DNA from: a virus
Lineage: Duplodnaviria > Caudoviricetes
Virus record (IMG/VR): IMGVR_UViG_3300011858_000030
Span: 1-64,000 of that record
Direction: 5' to 3' (one strand)
DNA length: 64,000 nt
Part shown: in pieces, positions 9,293-19,118 of the stretch
Layout of the letters: every line of letters begins with the position of its first letter
Position numbering within the stretch: position 1 is the stretch's first letter
Translations under genes and position numbers: made by a program
The notes under the pieces: generated by a model
What the model was told of the DNA's origin: nothing
Databases searched by the model: none
Seen by the model: only the letters and a program-made list of their open reading frames with translations

Positions 9293-9702
9293 TGAAAGAG
9301 TTTGCAGTAATTAAAGATGGGCTTGTGATTAATGCTATTTTGTGGGATGGCAAAGATACCAGCTTTGCGAAAGATATTAATGGCGAGCTTATTGCAATTC
9401 CTGAGGATAGTCAGGTAAGTATCGGATGGAGCTATGATGGCACGCAGTTTATCTCCCCTCCAGAACCTGATAAAACCAAAGATCAGCTAATTCAGGACGC
9501 GAACCTTGAGAAGGAAGGCCGTATAAGCGCTGCCAATGATTACATGAACAGCAAACAGTGGCCCGGCAAAGCGGCCATAGGTCGACTAAAGGGTGAGGAG
9601 CTGGCGCAGTACAATCTATGGCTGGATTATCTTGATGCTCTGGAGGTGGTTGACACCTCCGGGGCACCTAATATCAAGTGGCCTATACTTCCGGCGGATT
9701 AG
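9292..9702 (+). CDS. Tail fibre assembly chaperone for the alternative fibre
   Basis: Tfa-type C-terminus WPGKAAIGRL..WLDYLDAL..DTS.AP.I.WP; TAATG coupling to the cassette. Confidence 0.85.
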   Translation: MKEFAVIKDGLVINAILWDGKDTSFAKDINGELIAIPEDSQVSIGWSYDGTQFISPPEPDKTKDQLIQDANLEKEGRISAANDYMNSKQWPGKAAIGRLKGEELAQYNLWLDYLDALEVVDTSGAPNIKWPILPAD

Positions 9703-10117
9703 GCCAGGTGATATCCGGGGCCGTTGAGGTATCAACGGATTCAATATTTTCCAGGTAATCCAGCCAAGTGTTATATCTCGCTTTATCAGTTTCTTTTAAG
9801 CGGCCCATAGCCGCTTTTCCCGGCCACTGATTGCTGTTTATGTAGTCGTTTGCAGCATCAGTTCGGCTCTGCTTTTCAACCTTCGCTTGCGCCACAATTT
9901 CTTCATGGGTCGGAGGAGGAATGTCTTCCCATTCGGGTAATCCATTTTTTCCAGCTACTCTTTTTTGTCCTTCAGGTGGCTCACCCGCAAATTCGCTATA
10001 TACCTGTTCTGTTATCTCGACAGCATCCTCGGGCCAACCGATGCCATTGATATAATCATCTTTAAGTTCCAGCGGAAAAAAGCTGTTGTGTTTGGCGCTA
10101 TAAAAATATGTATTCAC
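9683..10117 (-). CDS. Tail fibre assembly chaperone (currently expressed orientation)
   Basis: GTG start at 10117 (MNTYFYSAKHNSFFP); same Tfa C-terminus WPGKAAMGRL..WLDYL..DTSTAPDITWP. Confidence 0.85.
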   Translation of the reverse strand: MNTYFYSAKHNSFFPLELKDDYINGIGWPEDAVEITEQVYSEFAGEPPEGQKRVAGKNGLPEWEDIPPPTHEEIVAQAKVEKQSRTDAANDYINSNQWPGKAAMGRLKETDKARYNTWLDYLENIESVDTSTAPDITWPNPPEV

Positions 10118-10118
10118 G

Positions 10119-10769
10119 TTAACTCCCGATAGCAAAAAAGTACGCATTGAAACCACCTGCGCCGGACATATACGCCCCAAATCCTGCACCGTTAACGGTG
10201 CCATTTACCACGGCTAAAGTTGGCGAGGGTGTGCCAGCAGAAAAGTTAATATCGGAAAATGTAAGCTGAATATTACTTACCACACCGGGGAAACTGATAG
10301 GGAATGGTACTGAAACCTGAGTTTGTCCCACAGGAAAGCCCGCTTTTCCCCACTGTAAGATTTTCCCACCCGGCAACTTTTGCCACCCACTTGCGTTGGT
10401 AAAGCTGGACATATCAGGTATCTGTCCAGCACCTGTTCCGACGTCTCGTTTCGCAGCTTCTTTCAAACCAAGGTTTGAGAGAGCGGTAGCAATAGCAGCC
10501 GCACCATCGGATTTGATATCAGCAAATGGATTTGAGCGACTCAGTAACAGCGCTTTAAGTGCTGTTAACAACTGGTTTTGTTTAGATGGATCAACATTAA
10601 TACCGGCAGCGGTCAGGACAGTAATAAGCTCCGACTGCGCATCTCTGACAGCCCCCTGCACGTTATTCAGATGCTCAGCATCAACAATGGTCCCCAACTC
10701 ACCTGTGAGCGGATTACCATCATGGAAAAGATTATCCGGCGTCTGCACCGGTGGCATTAAGGGCCGCAT
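10119..10769 (-). CDS. Tail fibre protein (constant N-terminus + variable tip), 216 aa
   Basis: Mu-type N-terminus FHDGNPLTGELGTIVDAEHLNNVQ; ALSNLGL crossover motif; C-terminal GWQKLPGGKILQWG..FPISFP. Confidence 0.88.
   Translation of the reverse strand: MRPLMPPVQTPDNLFHDGNPLTGELGTIVDAEHLNNVQGAVRDAQSELITVLTAAGINVDPSKQNQLLTALKALLLSRSNPFADIKSDGAAAIATALSNLGLKEAAKRDVGTGAGQIPDMSSFTNASGWQKLPGGKILQWGKAGFPVGQTQVSVPFPISFPGVVSNIQLTFSDINFSAGTPSPTLAVVNGTVNGAGFGAYMSGAGGFNAYFFAIGS
10458..10483 (+). promoter_or_regulatory. Invertase crossover site (hix/gix-like) inside fibre gene
   Basis: TTCTTTCAAACC-AA-GGTTTGAGAGAG, close to hixL TTCTTGAAAACCAAGGTTTTTGATAA. Confidence 0.88.
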
Positions 10770-11341
10770 TATTCATTCTCCTGATATGCGAAGTAGCAAA
10801 ATGTATGGGCTGGTTTGAGATCACGGAAGACTTCTTCAATAATCGGATCACCAAACGTTGTCAGACGCTCACCTGCAGCTGAGCTGCCTGAGCGAAAGCG
10901 ATAGGATTGCGTTCCTGAGTTCTGAATATTGACGCGCCAGACCCAGATAATGTCTTCAACCCAGAGGCGATCACCGGCGCGGTTAACTCCCGCTCTGAAA
11001 GGTTGCGGTTCATCAATTGTGATAATGTAGCCAAGGTTACTGGCCAACTGAATAAAGTACGGAATACTGAGGCCGCCGACCTCGGCCAGTTTAGCCAGAA
11101 CACGCTGCTGGCGTTGCTGGTATGTGGCATCTTCAGCAGGAGTAAGGTCAAGAACGCGCTCCCAGTCAGATAAAAGGCTGCGGGCAAAAAATGGAGTAAC
11201 GCCACCTTCGACAAGTCCTGCAGACGTATCGAGAGTGTCAAATACGCCTGCTTCTGATCGCAATGATGCATCAAGCAGGGGCTGGCCAGGACTGTACGAA
11301 ATGAGTGGCAGCAGGCGATTTAACAGTGTGAAGTAGCTCAT
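10769..11341 (-). CDS. Baseplate protein (Mu gp48 / DUF2313-like)
   Basis: LLSDWERVLDL, GGLSIPYF, KPAHT motifs; synteny. Confidence 0.85.
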   Translation of the reverse strand: MSYFTLLNRLLPLISYSPGQPLLDASLRSEAGVFDTLDTSAGLVEGGVTPFFARSLLSDWERVLDLTPAEDATYQQRQQRVLAKLAEVGGLSIPYFIQLASNLGYIITIDEPQPFRAGVNRAGDRLWVEDIIWVWRVNIQNSGTQSYRFRSGSSAAGERLTTFGDPIIEEVFRDLKPAHTFCYFAYQENE

Positions 11342-12405
11342 AGCAGCTCTACCTCAACATTTCCTAATCTGAGCCATTCGACTTTCGTGGCATCGATTAC
11401 CGGCTGAATATTTGCCGATGGTGTAACGATGTCATAGTCGGTGATACCTGGAATGAGGGAAATCAATGTCCCCGCCTGGCTGCGAATAAAAGCCACTCCA
11501 GGCTCTCGGCGCGAGTCATCGTCCTCCAGCGTTCCGGCGACAGCCTGTTTGGCTGCTGCGAGGGTGGTGCCCTCCAGTGATACCTTCACGAGTACGTCAA
11601 ATGTACGGATGACAGGCATGAGCACCAGCGTGTTTTTTGCTGTAACAGGCCGGACATCGTCAATGTGAGCCTGCACCCTGTCGATCACATCCTGAGACGG
11701 CAGCCCACCTGCAGACGTGATCACAACATCAACGGTACCCAGCCCCCGCCGCAAAGGGTAAACATATGCGGCGGATACGCCTGATACCTCCAGCGCCCAG
11801 CGTTTGTAATCATATTTATTGCCGCCTGCAGGAGGTCGGCGGATGATTTCAAGCAGACGTGCAAGCAGCTCTGCATCCGTTTCCTCATCCGTTCCGCCAG
11901 TCATCAGGCCTACTGTCACTGTGCTGTCAAACCCGTCAGGTGTAGTGGTCAATGTTGCCGATGTGACTGAGGTGGTATTACCCGCAGTCCCGGACAGAGA
12001 AGACATTGCATTTACGGATGCTTTTCCATCCGACCCGATAGTAATTTCTTCGGTTGTTGTCCACGAAACACTGTCGCGTTTGAACACAAGACCGGCAGCC
12101 GCCGCCGCTCCCGGTTCGCCGGTAAACGTGGCAGGCCCGGAGGCGCTATTGGCTGCTTTTTTGCTTAAACCACGTAAGCGGGCGTGCAGATAGAGAAATT
12201 CTGAATCAGCTGTATCCGGAAATATCTGACGGACTATCCATCCCTGATGCTGATAAATCCCCTCGGCAACGCTGGCCACACTCGATGCCCGGACATACCA
12301 GTCGCTGTCCGGGCCAAGTTTATCATCTGACAACTGCAGGAGATTTTTGATATCCCGAAGAATGTCAGTGCGAATTTGCGCGGCATTTTTGGTAATGAAT
12401 GGCAT
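11338..12405 (-). CDS. Baseplate J-like wedge protein (Mu gp47)
   Basis: QIFPDTAD, RRPPAGGNKYDYKRWALEVSGV, RRGLGTVDV motifs. Confidence 0.9.
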   Translation of the reverse strand: MPFITKNAAQIRTDILRDIKNLLQLSDDKLGPDSDWYVRASSVASVAEGIYQHQGWIVRQIFPDTADSEFLYLHARLRGLSKKAANSASGPATFTGEPGAAAAAGLVFKRDSVSWTTTEEITIGSDGKASVNAMSSLSGTAGNTTSVTSATLTTTPDGFDSTVTVGLMTGGTDEETDAELLARLLEIIRRPPAGGNKYDYKRWALEVSGVSAAYVYPLRRGLGTVDVVITSAGGLPSQDVIDRVQAHIDDVRPVTAKNTLVLMPVIRTFDVLVKVSLEGTTLAAAKQAVAGTLEDDDSRREPGVAFIRSQAGTLISLIPGITDYDIVTPSANIQPVIDATKVEWLRLGNVEVELL

Positions 12406-12755
12406 CAGCTGACCTTAACCGGATATTTCCAGGTCTGCGGCGTTCCGCTCGCGGACGTGACGGTGATATGAAGCAGCATCCAGCCTTTTTGCCAGTGCTC
12501 TGCAGTAACGGAAATGGACTGGGCGCGACCGTCGTCAATAATCGGCTGCAGGGCCTGCTGCGAATACTGCACCGCGAGTTTCTGAACGCGGGACACATCC
12601 TTTTCGCGGCGGAGTGTATGTAAAAGAGAGCCCAGAGTTGGCTCAGCCCACCATGAGCCAAGGGGTGTCATCAGCCGTAAATAGACGGCATTCGCTAAAG
12701 TGTCTGAGCTGTCGCCGGTATAATCGCCGGTCGTTGGATCAATCAACATTTCCAT
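12405..12755 (-). CDS. Baseplate protein (Mu gp46 family)
   Basis: GSWWAEPTLGSLL..LRREK motif; synteny. Confidence 0.85.
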   Translation of the reverse strand: MEMLIDPTTGDYTGDSSDTLANAVYLRLMTPLGSWWAEPTLGSLLHTLRREKDVSRVQKLAVQYSQQALQPIIDDGRAQSISVTAEHWQKGWMLLHITVTSASGTPQTWKYPVKVS

Positions 12756-12792
12756 GCCGTAATACTATCGGCATGGAAATTTAAATTATCGG

Positions 12793-12808
12793 TGAAGGGG
12801 TTCAGTGG
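12793..12808 (-). promoter_or_regulatory. Late-promoter activator motif, copy 1 (upstream of gp46)
   Basis: Exact 16-mer TGAAGGGGTTCAGTGG, also at 24710 and 32880. Confidence 0.75.
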
Positions 12809-12844
12809 GTATTGCTTTTGAAGGAGAACTTACGTTACCACAAA

Positions 12845-13450
12845 TTACATTTGCTGATTAGGTTTCTGCGTTGTGCCTGCGTCACCGCCGTGGTCGTGGT
12901 CGTGACCGTCAAAAGTCTCACGCATGGTGTTCAGCGTAGACTTGCCGTCAGCGACTTCATTACTGCCTTTCAGCAGTGGTGTATCAAAATCTGCCCGCTC
13001 TGAGGCTGTGGTTTTATACGTTTTGGTATTAACAATATGTTGTTCGGTATTCACCGTGTGCTTTTTAGTATTAACGATATATTCATCGCAGTTTACTTCA
13101 ATTATTTTTCCGCGCTTCAGAATAATGTTGCTTCCTTCATCCGAATAAATGGCAAGCTCACCACTTTTCAGGCTCTTTAGCCTGTATGCAGCGTGTTCCG
13201 TGGCAATCACCACGCTATGACTGGTGCGCCCGTTAAGCGGGAGCATAATGGCTTTAGTCCCCCTGGGCGGGTTGGATGTAAAACCGTACTGCTGGAACAT
13301 CTCCACATCCTGCAGAGACTCAGTAGCCAGACCTTTACCCTGAATGGTCTGAATATCACCGCCGCTGTTAACCCTTATTAAAACGCCCCTGAAGGCTTGT
13401 CTTATACGGTTTAACGCCGTGTTAATACGAGAATCAATTTTGTTCCACAT
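12845..13450 (-). CDS. Baseplate spike / assembly protein V (Mu gp45)
   Basis: QQYGFTSNPP, GELAIYSDEG, C-terminal HDHDH metal-binding tip. Confidence 0.88.
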   Translation of the reverse strand: MWNKIDSRINTALNRIRQAFRGVLIRVNSGGDIQTIQGKGLATESLQDVEMFQQYGFTSNPPRGTKAIMLPLNGRTSHSVVIATEHAAYRLKSLKSGELAIYSDEGSNIILKRGKIIEVNCDEYIVNTKKHTVNTEQHIVNTKTYKTTASERADFDTPLLKGSNEVADGKSTLNTMRETFDGHDHDHGGDAGTTQKPNQQM

Positions 13451-14651
13451 CGATAATCTCCAGCTCTTTATTTACTTTGGCGCGACGCTTACGTGATTTG
13501 CGTTTTTTCGGATAAGCATCCGGTATCCATATGGCGTCCTCTTTGAGACGCAGGGTGGTCATGGTGTTGTCTGGCCGTCCACCTGAAAACTCTCTTCCCA
13601 TGAGGAAGTAAATGTCATCAATGCCATGTGGCTCGCTTCGAACACGTATACGCTGGCCCGGCTGCCATAACTGACCGTTCTCCATGCGATGGCCTTTAAC
13701 AATAGCCGTCAGATCAAACCCGCTCAGACGGGCGTCAGCCATGGCCTTTCTCGCGCGATAATCAACCTGCGCCTGATTATCAGCATCACCGGCAACCATA
13801 ATCTGCGGACGATAGAAAGGTACGGTACCGTCGCGAACGGTACTACGTAAGCCATGAAAGCCATTCTCTGCAGAGCCGGTGCTGTCATAAATTGCGTCGG
13901 CATCATCATCGTCTTCAGACTCAGCGCTCTGGTCATCAACGTCAATAACTTCCAGCTTCCCTGACTTTTTCCCCTGGCCGTGTCCCTGTGCCAGCATTGT
14001 CAGTTCAGAGAACGCCCCGGTAATGGATGACCGGTCACTGAGATCGAGAACATTATTTCCCCGGCCATCGCGATTCAAAACAAGCGTGGCCACAGGGTCT
14101 TTTGTATAGTCCGGCCCACCAATCACCAGCGTGCCATCTGGTTCAAACCATGGCCATAACCCGCGTGCGGCAGCTGCACGTTCAAGAGTATCCCACGCAC
14201 GTTCTCCGGGCTCCACGCTGACCTTGTCATTACGCAGGGATGATTCAGCCTCGATGCGGATGTTCGTTATCCCCAATGGCCTTACAACCTGGGCGATCAC
14301 TTCTTCAAGACTGAGCTGGCGGGAGGTGAAAACTGGTGAAGCGCAGTCAACAAGCACGGCTGCGCCATCGCGACCGGAAAGCGATAAAGAGACCTGCTGA
14401 CGGGATACCCGGCGCTGAACCACATCCACCCGACCGGACATGACAACATCATTACCCACCCTGACCAGCACCGGTACACCACGTTTAATGGCCGGAGGGA
14501 AAATACCGTCAGGCAGCCCAAGCGTTACGCTCCATGCATCGGAGGGGATCAGAAAATCGGAGTCAATCTGATAGCGGCTCCATGCACTATGGATTTTGCC
14601 ATCAATAACCAGGCTCACTGTATTCTGCGAATCTTTATCTTGAGTAGGCAT
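13434..14651 (-). CDS. Baseplate hub (Mu gp44 / P)
   Basis: WSRYQIDSDFLIPSDAW, SGRDGAAVLVDC, LWQPGQ motifs. Confidence 0.88.
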   Translation of the reverse strand: MPTQDKDSQNTVSLVIDGKIHSAWSRYQIDSDFLIPSDAWSVTLGLPDGIFPPAIKRGVPVLVRVGNDVVMSGRVDVVQRRVSRQQVSLSLSGRDGAAVLVDCASPVFTSRQLSLEEVIAQVVRPLGITNIRIEAESSLRNDKVSVEPGERAWDTLERAAAARGLWPWFEPDGTLVIGGPDYTKDPVATLVLNRDGRGNNVLDLSDRSSITGAFSELTMLAQGHGQGKKSGKLEVIDVDDQSAESEDDDDADAIYDSTGSAENGFHGLRSTVRDGTVPFYRPQIMVAGDADNQAQVDYRARKAMADARLSGFDLTAIVKGHRMENGQLWQPGQRIRVRSEPHGIDDIYFLMGREFSGGRPDNTMTTLRLKEDAIWIPDAYPKKRKSRKRRAKVNKELEIIDVEQN

Positions 14652-15966
14652 TCAGAACGTCACCGGCTTTGATATTGTTAGGATTACGTAGTGTCGGATT
14701 AAGGCGCAGCAGCTCGGTGGCGCGAGTGTAGTCCTCGTACCACAGGTGGGCCAGCAGATGCAGATTGGTGTCGGACAATACCACTCGCGTGGTCAGTGGC
14801 GGTCTGCTGGTAATAACCGCTGCGCCCAGCTCCTGAACGGTCAGGGCGATATCCTTAAGACCTTCGACCACGGGTTGCCAGGTCACGCCACCTGGTGTTT
14901 CACCGGCGCTCACGTTTTGCGTATCGGCAGCAAAGGTGTCCCGCGTCTGGTCGATTGCCTCCTGAATGGCCGTCCTGGTGTCATTGGTGATTTGCTCAAT
15001 ATCGACAGGAGACAAAATATCGCTGATGCTGCTGTCACTGAGTATGTCGGAAGCATCAAGTGCCAGCTGGATCGCAACCTGAATTTTTACCGCCGTTACC
15101 AGCTCGGTAATATCCGATGTTGATGAGCCTGCCGGAACGGCAACAGCAACCGTCTTTTGCCCGGTCACTATCTGCTGAGGTAATGCGGCCACATCCTGCA
15201 GATTGTTACGGCCATTCTTCCAGTCGGCCATCACGATGCCCGCTGTACCGGAAACGTCTGAGGACTGTGAATAGCTTCCGGGGTTATTGCTGACACTTGA
15301 TTTGGACTGAAACGACGTCAGGCTCAGCGCACTCTGGAGGTCATTCATGAACGCTTTCGGGTAATTAACAAAATCCGAGGTGGTACTGACAAATCCCGTC
15401 AGTTCCCCCTTAAGCACGGTCACCATATTCAGCGTCGTGGTTGCCAGCGATTTCGCTTTTTTCATCCACTTTTTCGCTGTACGCAGAGGCGAGAGAATAT
15501 TGTCGATGGCCGTCTGGGCTTTCTCCAGAGCGGATTGCGCCTGGTTGAAAATGATATCCGCTTTCGACAGCGGGAAGTCACTGCCAAAGAAAGGCAGATT
15601 AAGTCCCCCCTGGATAAAGACCACTTCGACAACGCAGTAATCAACGTTCTCCGCTTCATGCGATGCCTGATACTCAATGCACTGCATGCCCGTCATGGAG
15701 CCGAAAACCGGGTGGATTAACTCCGCGCTGCCGCGTGTATCCAGCGCGGCCAGAAACGCCTGCAGCCGCACATCGTAATCATCGCCCCAGAAAAGGACTG
15801 TCATCCGCAGGTTACGAGGCTTGCGGCCTAGGTCATCAACGTCACCACCGTCGACATAGGGATACTCATACGTCGCAATGTCGCGGCTGGCGCTGTCACG
15901 GGTATTAACCACATCAAAGCGGACGCCCCTGAATGAGGCATCCTGTAATGAATCTTCCCAGCTCAC
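14635..15966 (-). CDS. DNA circularisation protein (Mu gp43 / N)
   Basis: ASFRGVRF..YEYPYVDG..DDLG, LIHPVFG; C-terminal LLRLNP..NP. Confidence 0.9.
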   Translation of the reverse strand: MSWEDSLQDASFRGVRFDVVNTRDSASRDIATYEYPYVDGGDVDDLGRKPRNLRMTVLFWGDDYDVRLQAFLAALDTRGSAELIHPVFGSMTGMQCIEYQASHEAENVDYCVVEVVFIQGGLNLPFFGSDFPLSKADIIFNQAQSALEKAQTAIDNILSPLRTAKKWMKKAKSLATTTLNMVTVLKGELTGFVSTTSDFVNYPKAFMNDLQSALSLTSFQSKSSVSNNPGSYSQSSDVSGTAGIVMADWKNGRNNLQDVAALPQQIVTGQKTVAVAVPAGSSTSDITELVTAVKIQVAIQLALDASDILSDSSISDILSPVDIEQITNDTRTAIQEAIDQTRDTFAADTQNVSAGETPGGVTWQPVVEGLKDIALTVQELGAAVITSRPPLTTRVVLSDTNLHLLAHLWYEDYTRATELLRLNPTLRNPNNIKAGDVLNAYSR

Positions 15967-18203
15967 TGCGGGCCTCCTGTTGAGCCGCGAACGGATTGAT
16001 CGCCATTGTACTCATTGACCGCTTCTGCAATCTGACGATTATCGAGCATGACTTTGGTTGTGATGTTTACTGGCTGAGGCTTTTGTTGCTGCTGAGGCAA
16101 CAGATAAGACGGCACGCCTGTTGTTGCTGGTGAGTTTTGGCCTATTGTTGCAGGAGAACTCCACCAGGACTTGACCATCGAAAAGAGATCAACATCGAAA
16201 AGAGGTTTTTTATTATTTTCTTTTTCCTGAAGTTTTTGTGCAAAAAGCTCACCTGTAGTAATCCCTCTGGATTTAGCTTCCTCATCAGCAGAGTCGAATT
16301 TATCCTTGGCGGACTCATAAAGAATATTTGCCACATTTGCATATGAAGCCCATTTACCTAGTTGCCCTGGCAAATCACTGCTCCCCCCGAGAAACTTATC
16401 AAGGAAACCTTCTTTATCGCCGCCTATTTCCTGAGCATTAGTGACATAAACAGGTACGGCATTACTACCAGAGGCACCTTCCGCGAGTATTTCAAGAGGG
16501 TTTGAACCAGCTGGTTTGCCCCCTGTAATCCCTCTTCCTGACATCCATTTTATCGCACCAAATACCGCCGCAGCTGAAGCCATTGCTTTAATCCCAATAG
16601 CAGCATCAGAAACTGCCCTGGTTAAACCAGGATATTCCTCTGCATACTTCAGTAATTTATCTGAAAGATATCCAAGGGAATCGGATAAAGGTTTGACTGA
16701 ATCCATCTCCTGAAAGTCTCTCTCGTTATCAAGTTGTCCTAGTTTGAATCCTGGTTGTTCCGACATTAAGGAAAAATTCAGATCGCCAGCCGTTTTTCCC
16801 GTTGATAAATTACGCTGAGAATTAGCCTCGGAAATAACGTCCTGCGTATAGGTTTTGTTTCCTCTGTATCCGAGAAGTGCAAGTAAAGCCTGTTGGTCTG
16901 CAATTATTTTCCCAATCCCTGACCCTTCCAGTATTTTTGCCTGAGAATTGATAATATCTTTCCTTTCATTTTCAGGAGCTGTTTTAAGTTTTTCTTCTAA
17001 TTTTTTATACGCAGGATTAGATGCAACAACCTTATCTACAATTTGGTTGAATGTTTCGAGAGGATTAACACCTTTACCTACACCTTTGGCGAGGCTACCA
17101 GAAAGATCAACTCCTCGACCACTCGGTAATTTTATTCTCGCGGCGGCATTAGCCGCATCCTGGCTATTTAATTTCAATAAAAGATTATTCAGGTTATTAC
17201 CAGCCTGGTCAGAAGAGCCTGCGGTAATGGCTGATGCCTGATTCCAGCCCAATAACACTGCAAAATCGTCCAGTCCCTTCATGCCAGCATTACCGGCACT
17301 GGCAAGTTGCGACGGAAGCCACTTAGCCATATCCTTCAACTCAAAAGAACCGCTTTGTCCGGCACTAATCGACATATTCAGTGCTTTATCAAGGTCACTA
17401 TCTTGAATTCCAAACGACTGTTTTAATTTAATTGCGATATTTGCAAGGTCTGCGGGATCTGCTCCTGTTGCAGTTGAGTATTTTTGAATCATAGGCAACA
17501 TTGATTTCGCTGATTCCATGCTTACAGAACCCGATGCGAGCATAGCATCCAGCGTTTCAGCGGCTGATTCTTTAGTCCCACCACCGGTTTTAACTGAATG
17601 ACGGATAAGGGAATCCATCTCCTTCATACCAGTACGCCTGCCTTCCAGACCCTGATCGGCATAGGCTGTGTTAGCCATCATTGCCAGTCTCTGCTGGTAA
17701 CTCATTTGGTTCGAGACCGGACGGATCAGTGTTGCGCCTGCTGCCATTACCCCACCGGCTACAGCTGAAATAGTTGAGCCTGCAGCACCTAGTTTTTGCA
17801 TTTGGCTCATACCTTCACCAACACCGTTCAGTTCGCTGCGCAAATTGCGCACTTTATCCTTCATGGCTGAGAAGGCTCTGGTCTGCTCATTAGCGGACAG
17901 CATACCGGTGCGGGTGAGGCGATTATAGGCCGCCATGGTCTGCTGTATTTCACGCTGAATATCGCGCTCTGAGCGAATGCCAAGAGTTGATCGCGCCGAA
18001 CTGGCGCGACGGTATTCGTCCTGGAGAGAACGGGAAGCGCGAATCGCTGTGGTTGAGTTCTGCTGGCGGGATTTCGCCAGCTCATCATCGGTTTTTTGCG
18101 CCGCTTTGGTATCACGGCTGATGCCCTGCAGTGCCTGTTTAAGCACTTTGGAGCCGGTATCACGAGCAAGCAGCTGCAACGCCAGTTGTAAGTTACGCGC
18201 CAT
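15963..18203 (-). CDS. Tape measure protein of Mu-like phage
   Basis: 746 aa, helical Ala/Gly-rich, GSFELKDMAKWLP; follows chaperone genes. Confidence 0.88.
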   Translation of the reverse strand: MARNLQLALQLLARDTGSKVLKQALQGISRDTKAAQKTDDELAKSRQQNSTTAIRASRSLQDEYRRASSARSTLGIRSERDIQREIQQTMAAYNRLTRTGMLSANEQTRAFSAMKDKVRNLRSELNGVGEGMSQMQKLGAAGSTISAVAGGVMAAGATLIRPVSNQMSYQQRLAMMANTAYADQGLEGRRTGMKEMDSLIRHSVKTGGGTKESAAETLDAMLASGSVSMESAKSMLPMIQKYSTATGADPADLANIAIKLKQSFGIQDSDLDKALNMSISAGQSGSFELKDMAKWLPSQLASAGNAGMKGLDDFAVLLGWNQASAITAGSSDQAGNNLNNLLLKLNSQDAANAAARIKLPSGRGVDLSGSLAKGVGKGVNPLETFNQIVDKVVASNPAYKKLEEKLKTAPENERKDIINSQAKILEGSGIGKIIADQQALLALLGYRGNKTYTQDVISEANSQRNLSTGKTAGDLNFSLMSEQPGFKLGQLDNERDFQEMDSVKPLSDSLGYLSDKLLKYAEEYPGLTRAVSDAAIGIKAMASAAAVFGAIKWMSGRGITGGKPAGSNPLEILAEGASGSNAVPVYVTNAQEIGGDKEGFLDKFLGGSSDLPGQLGKWASYANVANILYESAKDKFDSADEEAKSRGITTGELFAQKLQEKENNKKPLFDVDLFSMVKSWWSSPATIGQNSPATTGVPSYLLPQQQQKPQPVNITTKVMLDNRQIAEAVNEYNGDQSVRGSTGGPQ

Positions 18204-18206
18204 GGA

Positions 18207-18437
18207 CTATCTCCGTTTGCCGACTTTCTTCCGGCGTTGCGATTTGACAGTGCGGGTTGTGCGGGTGGTGGTTTGCCCGGTTTTCTTTCCATGTAACCGG
18301 GCAAGTGCTTCGGTGTAGCCGTCGAGCTCCGTTCGGGTCATGCTTCCGATTTGTTGTTCACTGATCCCATATCGCCCGAGGGCGAGGACGAGGGTTCGGT
18401 ACCCGGTGAGCTTTTGTTCAAATCCATCCGCTTTTTT
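18207..18437 (-). other. -1 frameshift extension of tail assembly chaperone (G-T-like product)
   Basis: Slippery A-AAA-AAG at 18437-18431; the -1 frame is open (ADGFEQKLTGYRTLVLALGRYG...KRR*) to TAG ending at 18207, 3 nt before the TMP ATG. Confidence 0.8.
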
Positions 18438-18730
18438 TTAACGGCGTCAATCTGAGCATCAATGAGATCGAAATCATCATCATTCAGCCCATCAAGGAGC
18501 AACTCTGGTGTTATGTCTTTCTTATCCAGTGAACCGAGTGCTTCAATTGCCAGTGCCATCAGCGCCACGCGATAATACAACCCCGCCGATGCCCCTTCGG
18601 TTGTTCCGCAAGCCTCATCAGTGAGACGCAGGGCTTCAATAGTGTCCCTGACAACCGGCATCCTGACGGCAAAATCAAAATGGACTTTATCACCGTATTT
18701 AACGCCATATAAAAGCTGCTGCTTTTCCAT
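18338..18730 (-). CDS. Tail assembly chaperone (Mu gp41-like)
   Basis: Between tube and TMP; contains the slippery site. Confidence 0.8.
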   Translation of the reverse strand: MEKQQLLYGVKYGDKVHFDFAVRMPVVRDTIEALRLTDEACGTTEGASAGLYYRVALMALAIEALGSLDKKDITPELLLDGLNDDDFDLIDAQIDAVKKKRMDLNKSSPGTEPSSSPSGDMGSVNNKSEA

Positions 18731-19105
18731 TTATTCCTCCACCCGACGAAGTGCATTCATGGTGATATCGCGCTTCGCTTCGTTATCGACGGTATACTGA
18801 GCCCCGGCCTGAGTGCTGAAGCAGTCCAGGTAAGAAACACGTTTACCGCTGCTGTTGAGTGGATACTGGGTGATTTTCGCACCTTCAATACCGCCCCAGT
18901 TCAGGTCGCCGGATTCCGGGATGACCACCGTAACGGTCAGCTGAATCTCTTCGATGCCACGGGAGAAACCTTTGGCGCGGCCCGTTTTGTTCATCGTCTT
19001 CACAAGCTTTCGCCCGGTGGTCACATCTTCCTTGAGGTCAGTCACTTCAATTTCCTGGCCGTCGACTTCCATGACGATCGCGCCAACATATTCTTCAAGA
19101 GCCAT
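18731..19105 (-). CDS. Tail tube protein
   Basis: 124 aa directly after the sheath gene. Confidence 0.8.
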   Translation of the reverse strand: MALEEYVGAIVMEVDGQEIEVTDLKEDVTTGRKLVKTMNKTGRAKGFSRGIEEIQLTVTVVIPESGDLNWGGIEGAKITQYPLNSSGKRVSYLDCFSTQAGAQYTVDNEAKRDITMNALRRVEE

Positions 19106-19118
19106 TCTGGTTTACCCC

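Noticed and set aside
10305-10330. Third crossover site (AAACC-TG-AGTTT) suggesting a multi-cassette shufflon
   Set aside because: The central dinucleotide does not match the real sites and no additional cassette follows.
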